Assembly: GCA_944380265.1 (NCBI GenBank)
Contig: CALWGY010000002.1
Coordinates: forward strand, 3,556 to 67,555
Reading direction: 5' to 3'
DNA from: an uncultured Clostridia bacterium
GTDB taxonomy: Bacteria > Bacillota > Clostridia > Christensenellales > UBA1242
DNA: 64,000 nt
Shown here one piece after another: positions 1 to 8,291 of the stretch (positions are counted from its first letter, which is position 1; each line of letters begins with the position of its first letter). The notes beneath the pieces are model-generated. The model was not told the DNA's origin. It ran no database searches and worked only from the letters and a program-made list of their open reading frames with translations. A program made the position numbers and the translations under genes.

Positions 1-189
1 AGTGCTGAGAGCAATTCTTTATTTTAAATATGTTTCTTGTAGGGAATTTGAAAAAAATAAGGAATGCAAAGGTTGATGAAAGAGGTGCTTTCAATAAGAA
101 AATTTTTCTTGAAAGTGTAAGTGAGAAGAATGATTAATAACAATATAGTTTTTTTTAAAAAAGAGATATAAAAGACAAATATGAAATTA

Positions 190-222
190 AAATACTTAAT
201 CAATTTGGTTAAGTATTTTTTT
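190..222 (+). terminator. putative intrinsic terminator of an upstream off-window gene
   Basis: Inverted repeat aaatacttaa / ttaagtattt with a 9-nt loop, followed by a T-run. Confidence 0.4.
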
Positions 223-286
223 GTAAAATTTTATTGTTTATAATACATTAATGAATTTTTTATGCTATACTGTATTTGAGGTTTAT

Positions 287-679
287 ATGAAAGAAATTAA
301 GGTAGTTGCAGGAATTATTGAAAATAATGGTAAAATTCTTTGTATGCAAAGAGATAAAGGAAAGTATGATTATGTCTCTTTTAAGTGGGAATTCCCCGGT
401 GGCAAAATTGAAGAGGGTGAAACTAATGAAGAAGCACTTAAAAGAGAATTGTTAGAAGAAATGGATTTAGACGTTATTGTTGGAATTCATTTTTGTGATG
501 TTGAATATACATACCCAGATTTTAAACTTACCATGTTTTGCTACAAATGCAATACAAAGGATCTTGATTTTAAATTAAATGTGCATAAAGATTACAAATG
601 GCTAGAAAAATCTGAATTAAATATTATTGACTGGGCTCCTGCGGACATGATAATTGTAAAGAAGCTAATGGAGGAGTAA
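287..679 (+). CDS. NUDIX hydrolase (MutT-like nucleoside triphosphate pyrophosphohydrolase)
   Basis: ORF 251..679 contains the Nudix box GGKIEEGETNEEALKRELLEEMDL. ATG 287 is preferred because an SD-like tgaggt lies 5 nt upstream. The stop is 2 nt before the next ORF. Confidence 0.8.
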   Translation: MKEIKVVAGIIENNGKILCMQRDKGKYDYVSFKWEFPGGKIEEGETNEEALKRELLEEMDLDVIVGIHFCDVEYTYPDFKLTMFCYKCNTKDLDFKLNVHKDYKWLEKSELNIIDWAPADMIIVKKLMEE

Positions 680-681
680 TA

Positions 682-3600
682 ATGAATTTTGGACTTTATG
701 AGCAAATTATTAATAAAGCTTTAAATGATATTGATGAAAATGATATTCAAGTTGAAAAAAGAAAAATAGATAAAGAAAATGTGCCTAGAATATTATCTAA
801 TTATTTGTCTGAAGTTTTAGAAAAAGGTTTAAAAGATTTATCTGAGAATAATTACACAATAGAAGAACAGTTAAATTTTTGCAATTATATTATTAATAAA
901 ATAAAAGATGAAACTAAAGATGAATACTATTCAAGTCAACTAATTTCGAAAGATGCCGAAATGTTATATTCTTTAATGAATAAAAAGAATAGTATAAGAG
1001 TATTAAAAACGGATTATCCAATAAGACCAAACTATTCTATTGCAGAGCCTTTTGTGTTTACTGGTGCAAACACTGAAATTCAATTGCTTAGTGAATTAAA
1101 AAAAGAAATTTCTAGTTGTGATGAAATAGATTTTATCGTTTCATTTATCAAATGGAGTGGAATAGTAAGGCTTTTAGATGAATTAAAAGAATTTACCGAC
1201 AATGGTGGTAAATTAAGAATTATAACAACGACTTATACTGGAGCAACTGAAGCAAAAGCCATTGAACGATTATGCGAACTAAACAATACTGAGATAAAAA
1301 TATCATATAATACAAAACAAACGCGACTGCATGCTAAAAGCTATATATTTAAAAGAAAAACTGGTTTTTCTACCGCTTATGTTGGTTCTTCTAATATTTC
1401 AAGTGCAGCTCTTACAAGCGGAACCGAATGGAATGTTAAAGTTACCGAAAAAGAGATGAAAGATGTTTATGATAAAATATGTGGAACCTTTGAAGTATAT
1501 TGGAACAGTGAAGAATTTGAAAAATATAATAAAGAAGATAATGAAAAATTAAGAAACAATTTATATCAAGAAAAGTCTCCAAAATCATTTAATTTAGAAG
1601 AATACAATTTTGATATTATTCCATATCCTTATCAAGAAAGAGTTCTTGAAAAACTTAGAGTAGAAAGAGAAAATCGCGACAATTTTAGAAACTTAGTAGT
1701 TGCAGCTACAGGAACAGGCAAAACGGTTATGTCTGCATTTGACTTTAAACGTTATCTACAATCACAACATGGAAGAAAAGTCAAATTTTTATTTGTAGCT
1801 CATAGAGAAGAAATTTTAAAACAAAGCTTAAAATGTTTCAGAGGGATTTTAAGAGATAATAATTTTGGAGAATTAATGGTTGGTGGAATTTTACCCAAAA
1901 GTATTGATAATTTGTTTGTATCAATTCAAACATTTAATTCTAAAAAGTTATATGAAAAATTAGCACCTGATTTTTATGATTATATTATTGTTGATGAATT
2001 TCATCACGCGGCAGCAGAAGGATATCAAAAGTTATTATCACATTTTAAACCAAAAATTTTACTCGGACTTACTGCAACACCAGAAAGAATGGACGGAAAA
2101 GATATTTTACAATATTTTGATGGTAAAATATCTGCTGAGATTAGACTTCCAGAGGCAATCGATAGAGGTTTACTTGTACCATTTACTTATTTTGGTATTT
2201 CAGATGAAATAGATTTAAGTTCTGTAAAATGGACTAGAGGTGGATATGATATACAAGAACTTAGCAATGTTTTATCATTTAATAAAGCAAGAGCAATGAC
2301 TGTTTTAAAATCATTAAATAAATACCTTAATGATATTGATACAATAAAAGGATTAGGGTTTTGTGTTAGTCAGCAGCATGCTCAATTTATGGCAAAAGTG
2401 TTTAATGACGCTGGAATACCATCTATCGAACTTGATAGCAACTCTTCAAAAGAATTAAGAGAAAATGTTAAAGATAAATTAGTAAAGGGCGAAATAAAGT
2501 TTATATTTGTTGTGGATTTATATAATGAAGGTGTTGATATTCCAGAAGTAAATACGGTTTTATTTTTAAGACCAACAGATAGTTTAACAGTATTTTTACA
2601 ACAATTAGGTAGAGGTTTAAGACTCTGTAAAGGAAAGGATTCTTTAACGGTTTTAGATTACGTTGGACAAGCTAATAAAAAGTATAGATATGCCGATAAA
2701 TATCAAGCTCTTCTAGGTGTTAATGCAATGTCTGTTTCTACCGAAATAAAAAATGGATTTCCAAATCTTCCAAAGGGCTGTTTTATAACATTGGAAAAGA
2801 AAGCCCAAGAATATGTATTAAGCAACATTAAGCAATCGTTTAATAATAAAGCAAACTTTATTGAAAAATTTAAAAATTTTGAAAGTGACAGTGGACTCGT
2901 CCTAAATTATAAAAACTTTTTTGAGTATTATAATATAAATCCGGCTAAATTATATAATATAGGATTATCTTTCACTTGGCTACAAAATTCAAATGTTATT
3001 GATGATGATAAATTTTTAACATTTTTATCTAGAAGTACACAAATAAATTCTTCTGCGTGGATAAAACGACTGTTAGATTTACTTCCAAAAATAAAAAATG
3101 CTAAACATATTGAATTAACAGAATATGATAAACGTTGTCTTTTAATGTTTCATTATACTTTTGAAACTCAAAAATCCCCAAAAGATTTAGGATATAATAA
3201 CGTCATTGAAAGTATAGAACAGATTGTAAATTCAGCATACTATGAAGAAATAATAGAACTATTAAATTATAACTTTTCAAAAATAGACATAGTTAATAGC
3301 CAGTTAATAAAATTTAGTAATTGTCCTTTGGAATTGTATTCTGCATATTCTAATGCGCAAATACTTGCTGGTTTTGGTGAATATACAGAAAGTAGATATT
3401 TTCCACTAACATCAGGTGTGTGGTATATAGAAAATGAAAAAACAGATATATTTTTTGTAACCTTAAACAAATCTGAAAAACATTATGCACCTGAAGTTAA
3501 ATATGAAGATTATTCCATTAACGATGAATTATTCCATTGGCAGTCACAAAATAAAACGGATATAAATTCGCCAACGGGACAGCGTTATATAAATCATAAA

Positions 3601-3798
3601 AAAACTAACAATAATATATTATTGTGTGTTAGAAATTATAGAGCGAATGAATATGGTAATACAGAAAATTATTCTATTTTAGGTTATTGTGATTATGTTT
3701 CACACGAAGGATCGAGACCTATTTCAATTATATGGAAAATGCATAACAAAATACCTGCAAAGTTTATTGAAAAAACTAGTAAATTGATGGTTAATTAA
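682..3798 (+). CDS. HKD (PLD-family) nuclease fused to an SF2 DEAD/DEAH-type helicase, with a DUF3427-like C-terminal region
   Basis: 1038 aa. Single HKD motif: LHAKSYIF...VGSSNIS. Helicase motifs: AATGTGKT (I), DEFHH (II), TATPER (III), QQLGRGLR (VI). The C-terminal ~350 aa (..HWQSQNKT..) resembles DUF3427 as I recall it. GGAGGAG SD lies just upstream, inside the NUDIX 3' end. Confidence 0.8.
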   Translation: MNFGLYEQIINKALNDIDENDIQVEKRKIDKENVPRILSNYLSEVLEKGLKDLSENNYTIEEQLNFCNYIINKIKDETKDEYYSSQLISKDAEMLYSLMNKKNSIRVLKTDYPIRPNYSIAEPFVFTGANTEIQLLSELKKEISSCDEIDFIVSFIKWSGIVRLLDELKEFTDNGGKLRIITTTYTGATEAKAIERLCELNNTEIKISYNTKQTRLHAKSYIFKRKTGFSTAYVGSSNISSAALTSGTEWNVKVTEKEMKDVYDKICGTFEVYWNSEEFEKYNKEDNEKLRNNLYQEKSPKSFNLEEYNFDIIPYPYQERVLEKLRVERENRDNFRNLVVAATGTGKTVMSAFDFKRYLQSQHGRKVKFLFVAHREEILKQSLKCFRGILRDNNFGELMVGGILPKSIDNLFVSIQTFNSKKLYEKLAPDFYDYIIVDEFHHAAAEGYQKLLSHFKPKILLGLTATPERMDGKDILQYFDGKISAEIRLPEAIDRGLLVPFTYFGISDEIDLSSVKWTRGGYDIQELSNVLSFNKARAMTVLKSLNKYLNDIDTIKGLGFCVSQQHAQFMAKVFNDAGIPSIELDSNSSKELRENVKDKLVKGEIKFIFVVDLYNEGVDIPEVNTVLFLRPTDSLTVFLQQLGRGLRLCKGKDSLTVLDYVGQANKKYRYADKYQALLGVNAMSVSTEIKNGFPNLPKGCFITLEKKAQEYVLSNIKQSFNNKANFIEKFKNFESDSGLVLNYKNFFEYYNINPAKLYNIGLSFTWLQNSNVIDDDKFLTFLSRSTQINSSAWIKRLLDLLPKIKNAKHIELTEYDKRCLLMFHYTFETQKSPKDLGYNNVIESIEQIVNSAYYEEIIELLNYNFSKIDIVNSQLIKFSNCPLELYSAYSNAQILAGFGEYTESRYFPLTSGVWYIENEKTDIFFVTLNKSEKHYAPEVKYEDYSINDELFHWQSQNKTDINSPTGQRYINHKKTNNNILLCVRNYRANEYGNTENYSILGYCDYVSHEGSRPISIIWKMHNKIPAKFIEKTSKLMVN

Positions 3799-3837
3799 AA
3801 TAAGTGATAATAAATTATTAAATAAAGCATAACATCT

Positions 3838-3871
3838 AAAAACCGTAATGAAATACTATTACGGTTTTTTT
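3838..3871 (+). terminator. intrinsic terminator after the nuclease-helicase gene
   Basis: 11-bp perfect stem aaaaccgtaat / attacggtttt, 8-nt loop, then a T-run. Confidence 0.65.
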
Positions 3872-4408
3872 GTACAAGAAAAGAATAGAGCAATAGACTC
3901 TATTCTAAATGCAATGGAAAAAGGAATAATAACATCGTCAACACAAGAAAGACTTATGAAACTTGAAAACGAAAAAGCAATACTTGAAGATAAAGTTGAG
4001 TATGAACAAAACCATCAAATAAAACCACTAGAAAAAGAACAAATTGTGGATTTTTTAAAAGTATATGCAAGAAAACAGTTTGATAACAAAACAGATAAAA
4101 ACGAGTTCTTTAACAATTTTATTTTGAAAGTGTTACTTTATGACGACAAAATTACAATAGTTTACAATACAAGTTTAAACCCAGCAGAAGAAAAATATAG
4201 CAGTCCAAATGATAATGATGATAACAATGACAATAGTAACAATGGAACGACAATTTATAAGAAAGAAATTGAGATTTCAGACGATGAAAATAAGGACGAA
4301 GCGTCCTTGCGTAAACTAAAAAAATTGCCGTTTGAGTTCAAACGACAATTGTTTGGCGGAGAGTTAGGGATTCGAAACATAACTAATATTAAAAAAACAA
4401 CGAAATAA
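3848..4408 (+). pseudogene. relic of a large serine recombinase gene (C-terminal tail only)
   Basis: EKNRAIDSILNAMEKGIITSSTQERLMKLENEKAILEDKV...NNFILKVLLYDDKITIVYN matches the conserved C-terminal coiled-coil tail of large serine recombinases. There is no catalytic N-terminal domain. The nominal start lies inside the preceding terminator hairpin, and the 3' end reads through the attL core. Confidence 0.5.
4352..4376. repeat. attL core: 25-bp copy of the tRNA-Ser 3' end
   Basis: tttggcggagagttagggattcgaa is identical to 23072..23096. Only the last 22 nt of the tRNA plus 3 nt downstream are present here. Confidence 0.85.
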
Positions 4409-4426
4409 AGGCAATTTCTAATTTTT

Positions 4427-4447
4427 ATTCTACTCACATTCTACTCA
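4427..4447 (+). promoter_or_regulatory. putative arm-type recombinase binding sites (P' arm): ATTCTACTCA x2 at 11-bp period
   Basis: attctactca c attctactca lies about 50 bp from the att core. The same doublet occurs at 12989..13009 and, as attctactca a attctactcg, at 22966..22986 in the opposite arm. Confidence 0.4.
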
Positions 4448-4455
4448 ATAAAATC

Positions 4456-4490
4456 AAAAAACAAGGGTAAATTTTAACCCTTGTTTTTTT
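4456..4490 (-). terminator. bidirectional intrinsic terminator ending the leftward prophage operon
   Basis: Stem aaaaaacaagggt / acccttgtttttt with an 8-nt loop, flanked by A/T runs on both sides. The duplicate is at 13018..13052. Confidence 0.6.
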
Positions 4491-4494
4491 AAAT

Positions 4495-4770
4495 TTACAA
4501 CCACAATTTAAAGCACGAAAAAACACTCCAAACGTTTAAACCAAGTAATAAAATTGAAAATGCTAAGTCTATATAATTAAAGTTTACACTGCTTTTTATT
4601 GTTAATGTAACACTTGATATAATGACCATAAAAGCAAGTATTAACGCAATTATTCCATAAATCAAAAAATTTGTCCAAACATCTATTTTATAACTTAACC
4701 ATAGAGAAACAATAGTTAAAACTAATAAAAAGATATATGTAAAAACTCTATTTAAAATATTATCATTCAT
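4495..4770 (-). CDS. small three-TM membrane protein (prophage)
   Basis: 91 aa with three hydrophobic segments. Last gene of the leftward operon. Confidence 0.6.
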   Translation of the reverse strand: MNDNILNRVFTYIFLLVLTIVSLWLSYKIDVWTNFLIYGIIALILAFMVIISSVTLTIKSSVNFNYIDLAFSILLLGLNVWSVFSCFKLWL

Positions 4771-4778
4771 AAAATCAC

Positions 4779-5852
4779 CTACGCAATATGTGAGTGTTTA
4801 TACATTTTTAATGAAACATTTCCGCCAACAAAAATACCGCCAAATGTATTTTCACCATCACCACTTAAATATTCCCAACGATAAGAACCAGAAATTAAAA
4901 ATTCAATATCATCATCATCGATAATTGTTCCATAATCTACCAAACGAGTTCCTAACAATGTTATGCCATCAACATCATAAAAACTAACTAAACATTTTTC
5001 AATTTCATAAACAGCATAAAAAGTTGTATCATCATTAATTTGAACATCTGACAAATTATCAATTATATCAACATTGTTTAAAGACCAGCCTTTAAATATA
5101 TAACCATCTTTTGTTGGTGGAATTACATTTTCATTTAAAGTTTTTCCTTTTAACAAATCAAAATGTTTAAACTCTTCATTATCAACAATAAATTTTACGC
5201 AATTAAAATTTTCTAACACATCATCTTCATTAATAGGAATATCTTTAACAGGCTTAATTTCAATTTTAAAACCATTGTTATTAAAGTAATCATTCCAATA
5301 ATTAACGGCTTTTGCTCCGCCAGTTGTTGTGATATTTAATCTTGTTGATTGTTTATAAAAAACTAATTTAATATTTAAAGTATCTTTAATTAATTCTGAA
5401 TAATTATCATCATAAAAAACATATGTATAATTAACATCAACAAAATCAATTGAAGAATTAATAATATTTGTTGGAGTATCATTAACTAAAATTATATAAC
5501 TTGTATTTTTGCTTAATTCCAATGCTTCATTTTTAACAATTGTTAAATCATATTTATTTTCTTCCGCAGTTGACTTTAAAACAAGATTATTTAATTTAAA
5601 AGTCATTTCGTTAACTTTAATATCTGGTTTAATAACAGAAGATATTACACCATAAACACCACCACTTGCACTATAATATTTATTAATTTCTATACCAGCA
5701 AGAAAAGTAACAAATATGTACAAAACACCTATACAAGTAAACAAAATATATCTAAAAGTTGTAGAGCGAATAAAAATAATTAATAATATTAAAATTATTA
5801 CAAGTAACAAAATATCATAAATTATTGAAAAATCAAATAACCATTTAAACAT
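4779..5852 (-). CDS. membrane-anchored protein with a C-terminal Listeria-Bacteroides (Flg_new-type) repeat; candidate adsorption protein
   Basis: ORF 4779..5885. Start at MFKWLF (5852) is preferred because an SD-like gggggtgg lies upstream and it removes the overlap with the upstream gene. N-terminal TM helices are present. PPTKDGYIFKGWSLNN...TTFYAVYE fits the GYxFxGW repeat. Confidence 0.6.
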   Translation of the reverse strand: MFKWLFDFSIIYDILLLVIILILLIIFIRSTTFRYILFTCIGVLYIFVTFLAGIEINKYYSASGGVYGVISSVIKPDIKVNEMTFKLNNLVLKSTAEENKYDLTIVKNEALELSKNTSYIILVNDTPTNIINSSIDFVDVNYTYVFYDDNYSELIKDTLNIKLVFYKQSTRLNITTTGGAKAVNYWNDYFNNNGFKIEIKPVKDIPINEDDVLENFNCVKFIVDNEEFKHFDLLKGKTLNENVIPPTKDGYIFKGWSLNNVDIIDNLSDVQINDDTTFYAVYEIEKCLVSFYDVDGITLLGTRLVDYGTIIDDDDIEFLISGSYRWEYLSGDGENTFGGIFVGGNVSLKMYKHSHIA

Positions 5853-7086
5853 TTTCGCCACCCCCAACATCAATTGAAAAACCATTTAAAATTTCATTAT
5901 AAAGTTGAAAACCACAATAAGTTTTTTCATTTGGTGCATTTACATTAATGTTATGTTTTAAAAACTCTTCATAATCTATATAAACATTCAATTTAATTAC
6001 ATCTTTATAATTAGAATATTTTGATAAAAAAGAGTCATCTAAAATTAAATCATATGTTCCATCAACATTGTCAATTAATTTAAAATTATTAGTGTTAACA
6101 TCAACTATTGAACGACCAATAAAATAATTATCTTCAACAGAATTTTCAACAAGATAATTAGGTGATGCATGCAACAAACCAAACAAACTATCGGAAGAAC
6201 TTTTTGCACCATCTTCACTAATTTTTATTGATATAGCATAATAATTCTTAACATGGTTAACCACTTTTGTACTATCTTCCATTGGCATTTCATCAAAAAC
6301 ACCATCGCCTTTATATTCGTAATAATCAAATAAATCGGCAAAATCAAAAACAATCATATTGTTAGTTCCATATTTTAGAGTTCCACAAGATTTTTTCAAC
6401 AAAAAACTTAAATAATGAACATCAAAATATGAATAATATGATGCATAATTTTGAACGCCCCATAACACGTTAAAATCGTAACCATCTTCAAAATCAGCGA
6501 CATGTGATAAATCATTCATAGGTGTGTTTAGACCCTTAAATTTCATACCATAAACTTCATTACCAATTTCAATTACAAAAAAATCATCTATTGTTATTTC
6601 ATTAGTTGAATAATATGAAATTCCAGAAATATTATCAACAGTATAACAATAACTAGTACCATTTACACCAGGACTAAAAGACCCCCAGTAAGAATAGTAA
6701 TCTTTTGCGTTATACCAACCACCAACATGTTTAATTTTTTCGCCCTTTACTGCATTGTTATAATGATAAGCATAATCAACAAAACCATTAACATCTTTTG
6801 AAATATATTGAAAACCTTTTGAAGAAATAGTTGTTTTGTTTTGGTCCGACAAACTATTTAATTTTATTTCAAACATTTCAAACCCATTTTTATTTTTGTT
6901 GGTATAATAATTAAATTCAATAATTGGTTTAACAACAGAACCATCTTCTGATGTTTGCAAATCTACATAAAAAGCATTATTAACGTTTTTTTCAGGTGCA
7001 AAAAATAAAATGTACAAATACCAAAAATTAACAATTAGTGTTAATGCAAAAGTGCAAATTCCAATTATAATTAATGTTTTTTTCAT
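5845..7086 (-). CDS. secreted or membrane-anchored prophage protein, function unknown
   Basis: 413 aa. N-terminal hydrophobic signal/anchor MKKTLIIIGICTFALTLIV. No recognisable motif. Confidence 0.6.
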   Translation of the reverse strand: MKKTLIIIGICTFALTLIVNFWYLYILFFAPEKNVNNAFYVDLQTSEDGSVVKPIIEFNYYTNKNKNGFEMFEIKLNSLSDQNKTTISSKGFQYISKDVNGFVDYAYHYNNAVKGEKIKHVGGWYNAKDYYSYWGSFSPGVNGTSYCYTVDNISGISYYSTNEITIDDFFVIEIGNEVYGMKFKGLNTPMNDLSHVADFEDGYDFNVLWGVQNYASYYSYFDVHYLSFLLKKSCGTLKYGTNNMIVFDFADLFDYYEYKGDGVFDEMPMEDSTKVVNHVKNYYAISIKISEDGAKSSSDSLFGLLHASPNYLVENSVEDNYFIGRSIVDVNTNNFKLIDNVDGTYDLILDDSFLSKYSNYKDVIKLNVYIDYEEFLKHNINVNAPNEKTYCGFQLYNEILNGFSIDVGGGENV

Positions 7087-7094
7087 ATAACCCC

Positions 7095-8069
7095 CTAAAA
7101 AATGTTATCAATTTCTTCTTTTAACATTTTTTCTTCTTCTTTATTTAATTTAATAAAATCAGAACGATACAAATCTTTATAATTTTCACGTTCAACATAA
7201 GTTCCAGTTTTATCAATTCGCAATATTGTTTTAATGCGTTCGTTAAACGCATTATAAATTATAGGTTTATTTCTTTGCTCATCTTTATAAATTTCATTTA
7301 ATGGCAAATTTGAAATTATATAAACTTTTGTATAACATGCAACTTTATTCGCATAACGTGCAGGTAACATAAAAGGGTAAACATCTAAAAGTCTATTCAT
7401 AAGTTCAATTTTAAATTGTCCACTAAATTCATCTAACACCAATATGTCTTCATTTTTGTAATTATCAAAAGTAGAATTGTTATAAACACTTGCATGATAA
7501 AATTTGCCAAAACCATATTTATCATAAACATAACGAGTTTTACCAGTTCGTGGTGGTCCATAAATAAAAGTAACATCAACATCACGATTTTTAATTAAAA
7601 ATTCAGAACTTAAATAATCTGTTCTAATCTTTTCAATTTTTGTTAAATTACTTAAATAAAGTTTAGGGAATAATCTAGCAAGTTCTAAATCAGTTGCACC
7701 ATTTTGAACTAGTTCAATAAAATTAGATATATCAGTCCTTGCTCGTTCTTCCGCAAAAGTTCCCAATTCATACGGACCACTTATTCTTGTTTCAGATTTT
7801 GTGCAATAATCACGTGCTTGTGCATTAGTTCCTTGAACTGGTTCAATATGTGCCGTTGGAAAGTAATTTTTTAATGTACTAAATCTTTTACCAACGTTAA
7901 ATATTAAAAATACTTGAAAATGTATTATTTCTTTTTCTTCACCTTTTTCACGTTGGAAAGCACAATATTTAAAGTGTTCTAATTTTTGAACATAATCAGA
8001 AAACTCATCATCACTTTCAGATGGATTATTTATTGTTAAAAACCATCTTCTTTTCATTGTATCAGTCAT
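7095..8069 (-). CDS. rep: rolling-circle replication initiator: HUH endonuclease + SF3 helicase (CRESS-DNA-virus-like Rep)
   Basis: Motif I WFLTINNP, motif II HFQVF, motif III YCTKSE, Walker A GPPRTGKT, Walker B ILVLDEF, motif C YIISN, all in the canonical order within 324 aa. Confidence 0.85.
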   Translation of the reverse strand: MTDTMKRRWFLTINNPSESDDEFSDYVQKLEHFKYCAFQREKGEEKEIIHFQVFLIFNVGKRFSTLKNYFPTAHIEPVQGTNAQARDYCTKSETRISGPYELGTFAEERARTDISNFIELVQNGATDLELARLFPKLYLSNLTKIEKIRTDYLSSEFLIKNRDVDVTFIYGPPRTGKTRYVYDKYGFGKFYHASVYNNSTFDNYKNEDILVLDEFSGQFKIELMNRLLDVYPFMLPARYANKVACYTKVYIISNLPLNEIYKDEQRNKPIIYNAFNERIKTILRIDKTGTYVERENYKDLYRSDFIKLNKEEEKMLKEEIDNIF

Positions 8070-8079
8070 AATTCACCCT

Positions 8080-8159
8080 ATGTTACACAGTAAAATAGCA
8101 TATGTTACAATTTTTTTTATTAAAAAATGGCTTAATATAGTGCTATGTTACGATGTTAC
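8080..8159 (-). repeat. four Rep-proximal iterons (GTAACAT on the rep-sense strand)
   Basis: ATGTTAC at 8080, 8102, 8145 and 8153 on the + strand. They lie between the origin hairpin and the rep start codon. The duplicate is at 16642..16721. Confidence 0.6.
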
Positions 8160-8199
8160 GCAGTTGGCTAAAAGGTAATACTATCTTTTAGCCAACTGC
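8160..8199 (-). promoter_or_regulatory. putative rolling-circle origin hairpin with a TAGTATTAC loop
   Basis: Perfect 15-bp stem gcagttggctaaaag / cttttagccaactgc. The 10-nt loop reads ATAGTATTAC on the - (rep-sense) strand. Predicted nick TAGTATT/AC between 8177 and 8176. Confidence 0.7.
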
Positions 8200-8227
8200 T
8201 AATTTTATAAAGTTTCAATTTGTAACC

Positions 8228-8260
8228 GCGGAACGGCACGCAGGCTTGTTGCCGTTCCGC
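8228..8260 (+). other. GC-rich hairpin (terminator-like, or a candidate complementary-strand origin or packaging element)
   Basis: 11-bp stem gcggaacggca / tgccgttccgc with an 11-nt loop, followed by ttgtttttt. It is strikingly GC-rich for this DNA. The duplicate is at 16790..16822. Confidence 0.4.
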
Positions 8261-8291
8261 TTGTTTTTTGCCTTGCAAGGTCAATGGTCAG

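Noticed and set aside
1-137. Whether the window begins with the 3' end of a gene.
   Set aside because: The frame ending at TAA 135..137 has an in-frame TGA at 6..8. Only about 36 codons follow a possible ATG, which is too little to call. Only the downstream terminator is reported.
4352-4376. Whether there is a second tRNA gene at attL.
   Set aside because: Only the 3' 22 nt of tRNA-Ser plus 3 downstream nt are present. The upstream sequence does not continue the tRNA, so this is an att duplication and not a gene.
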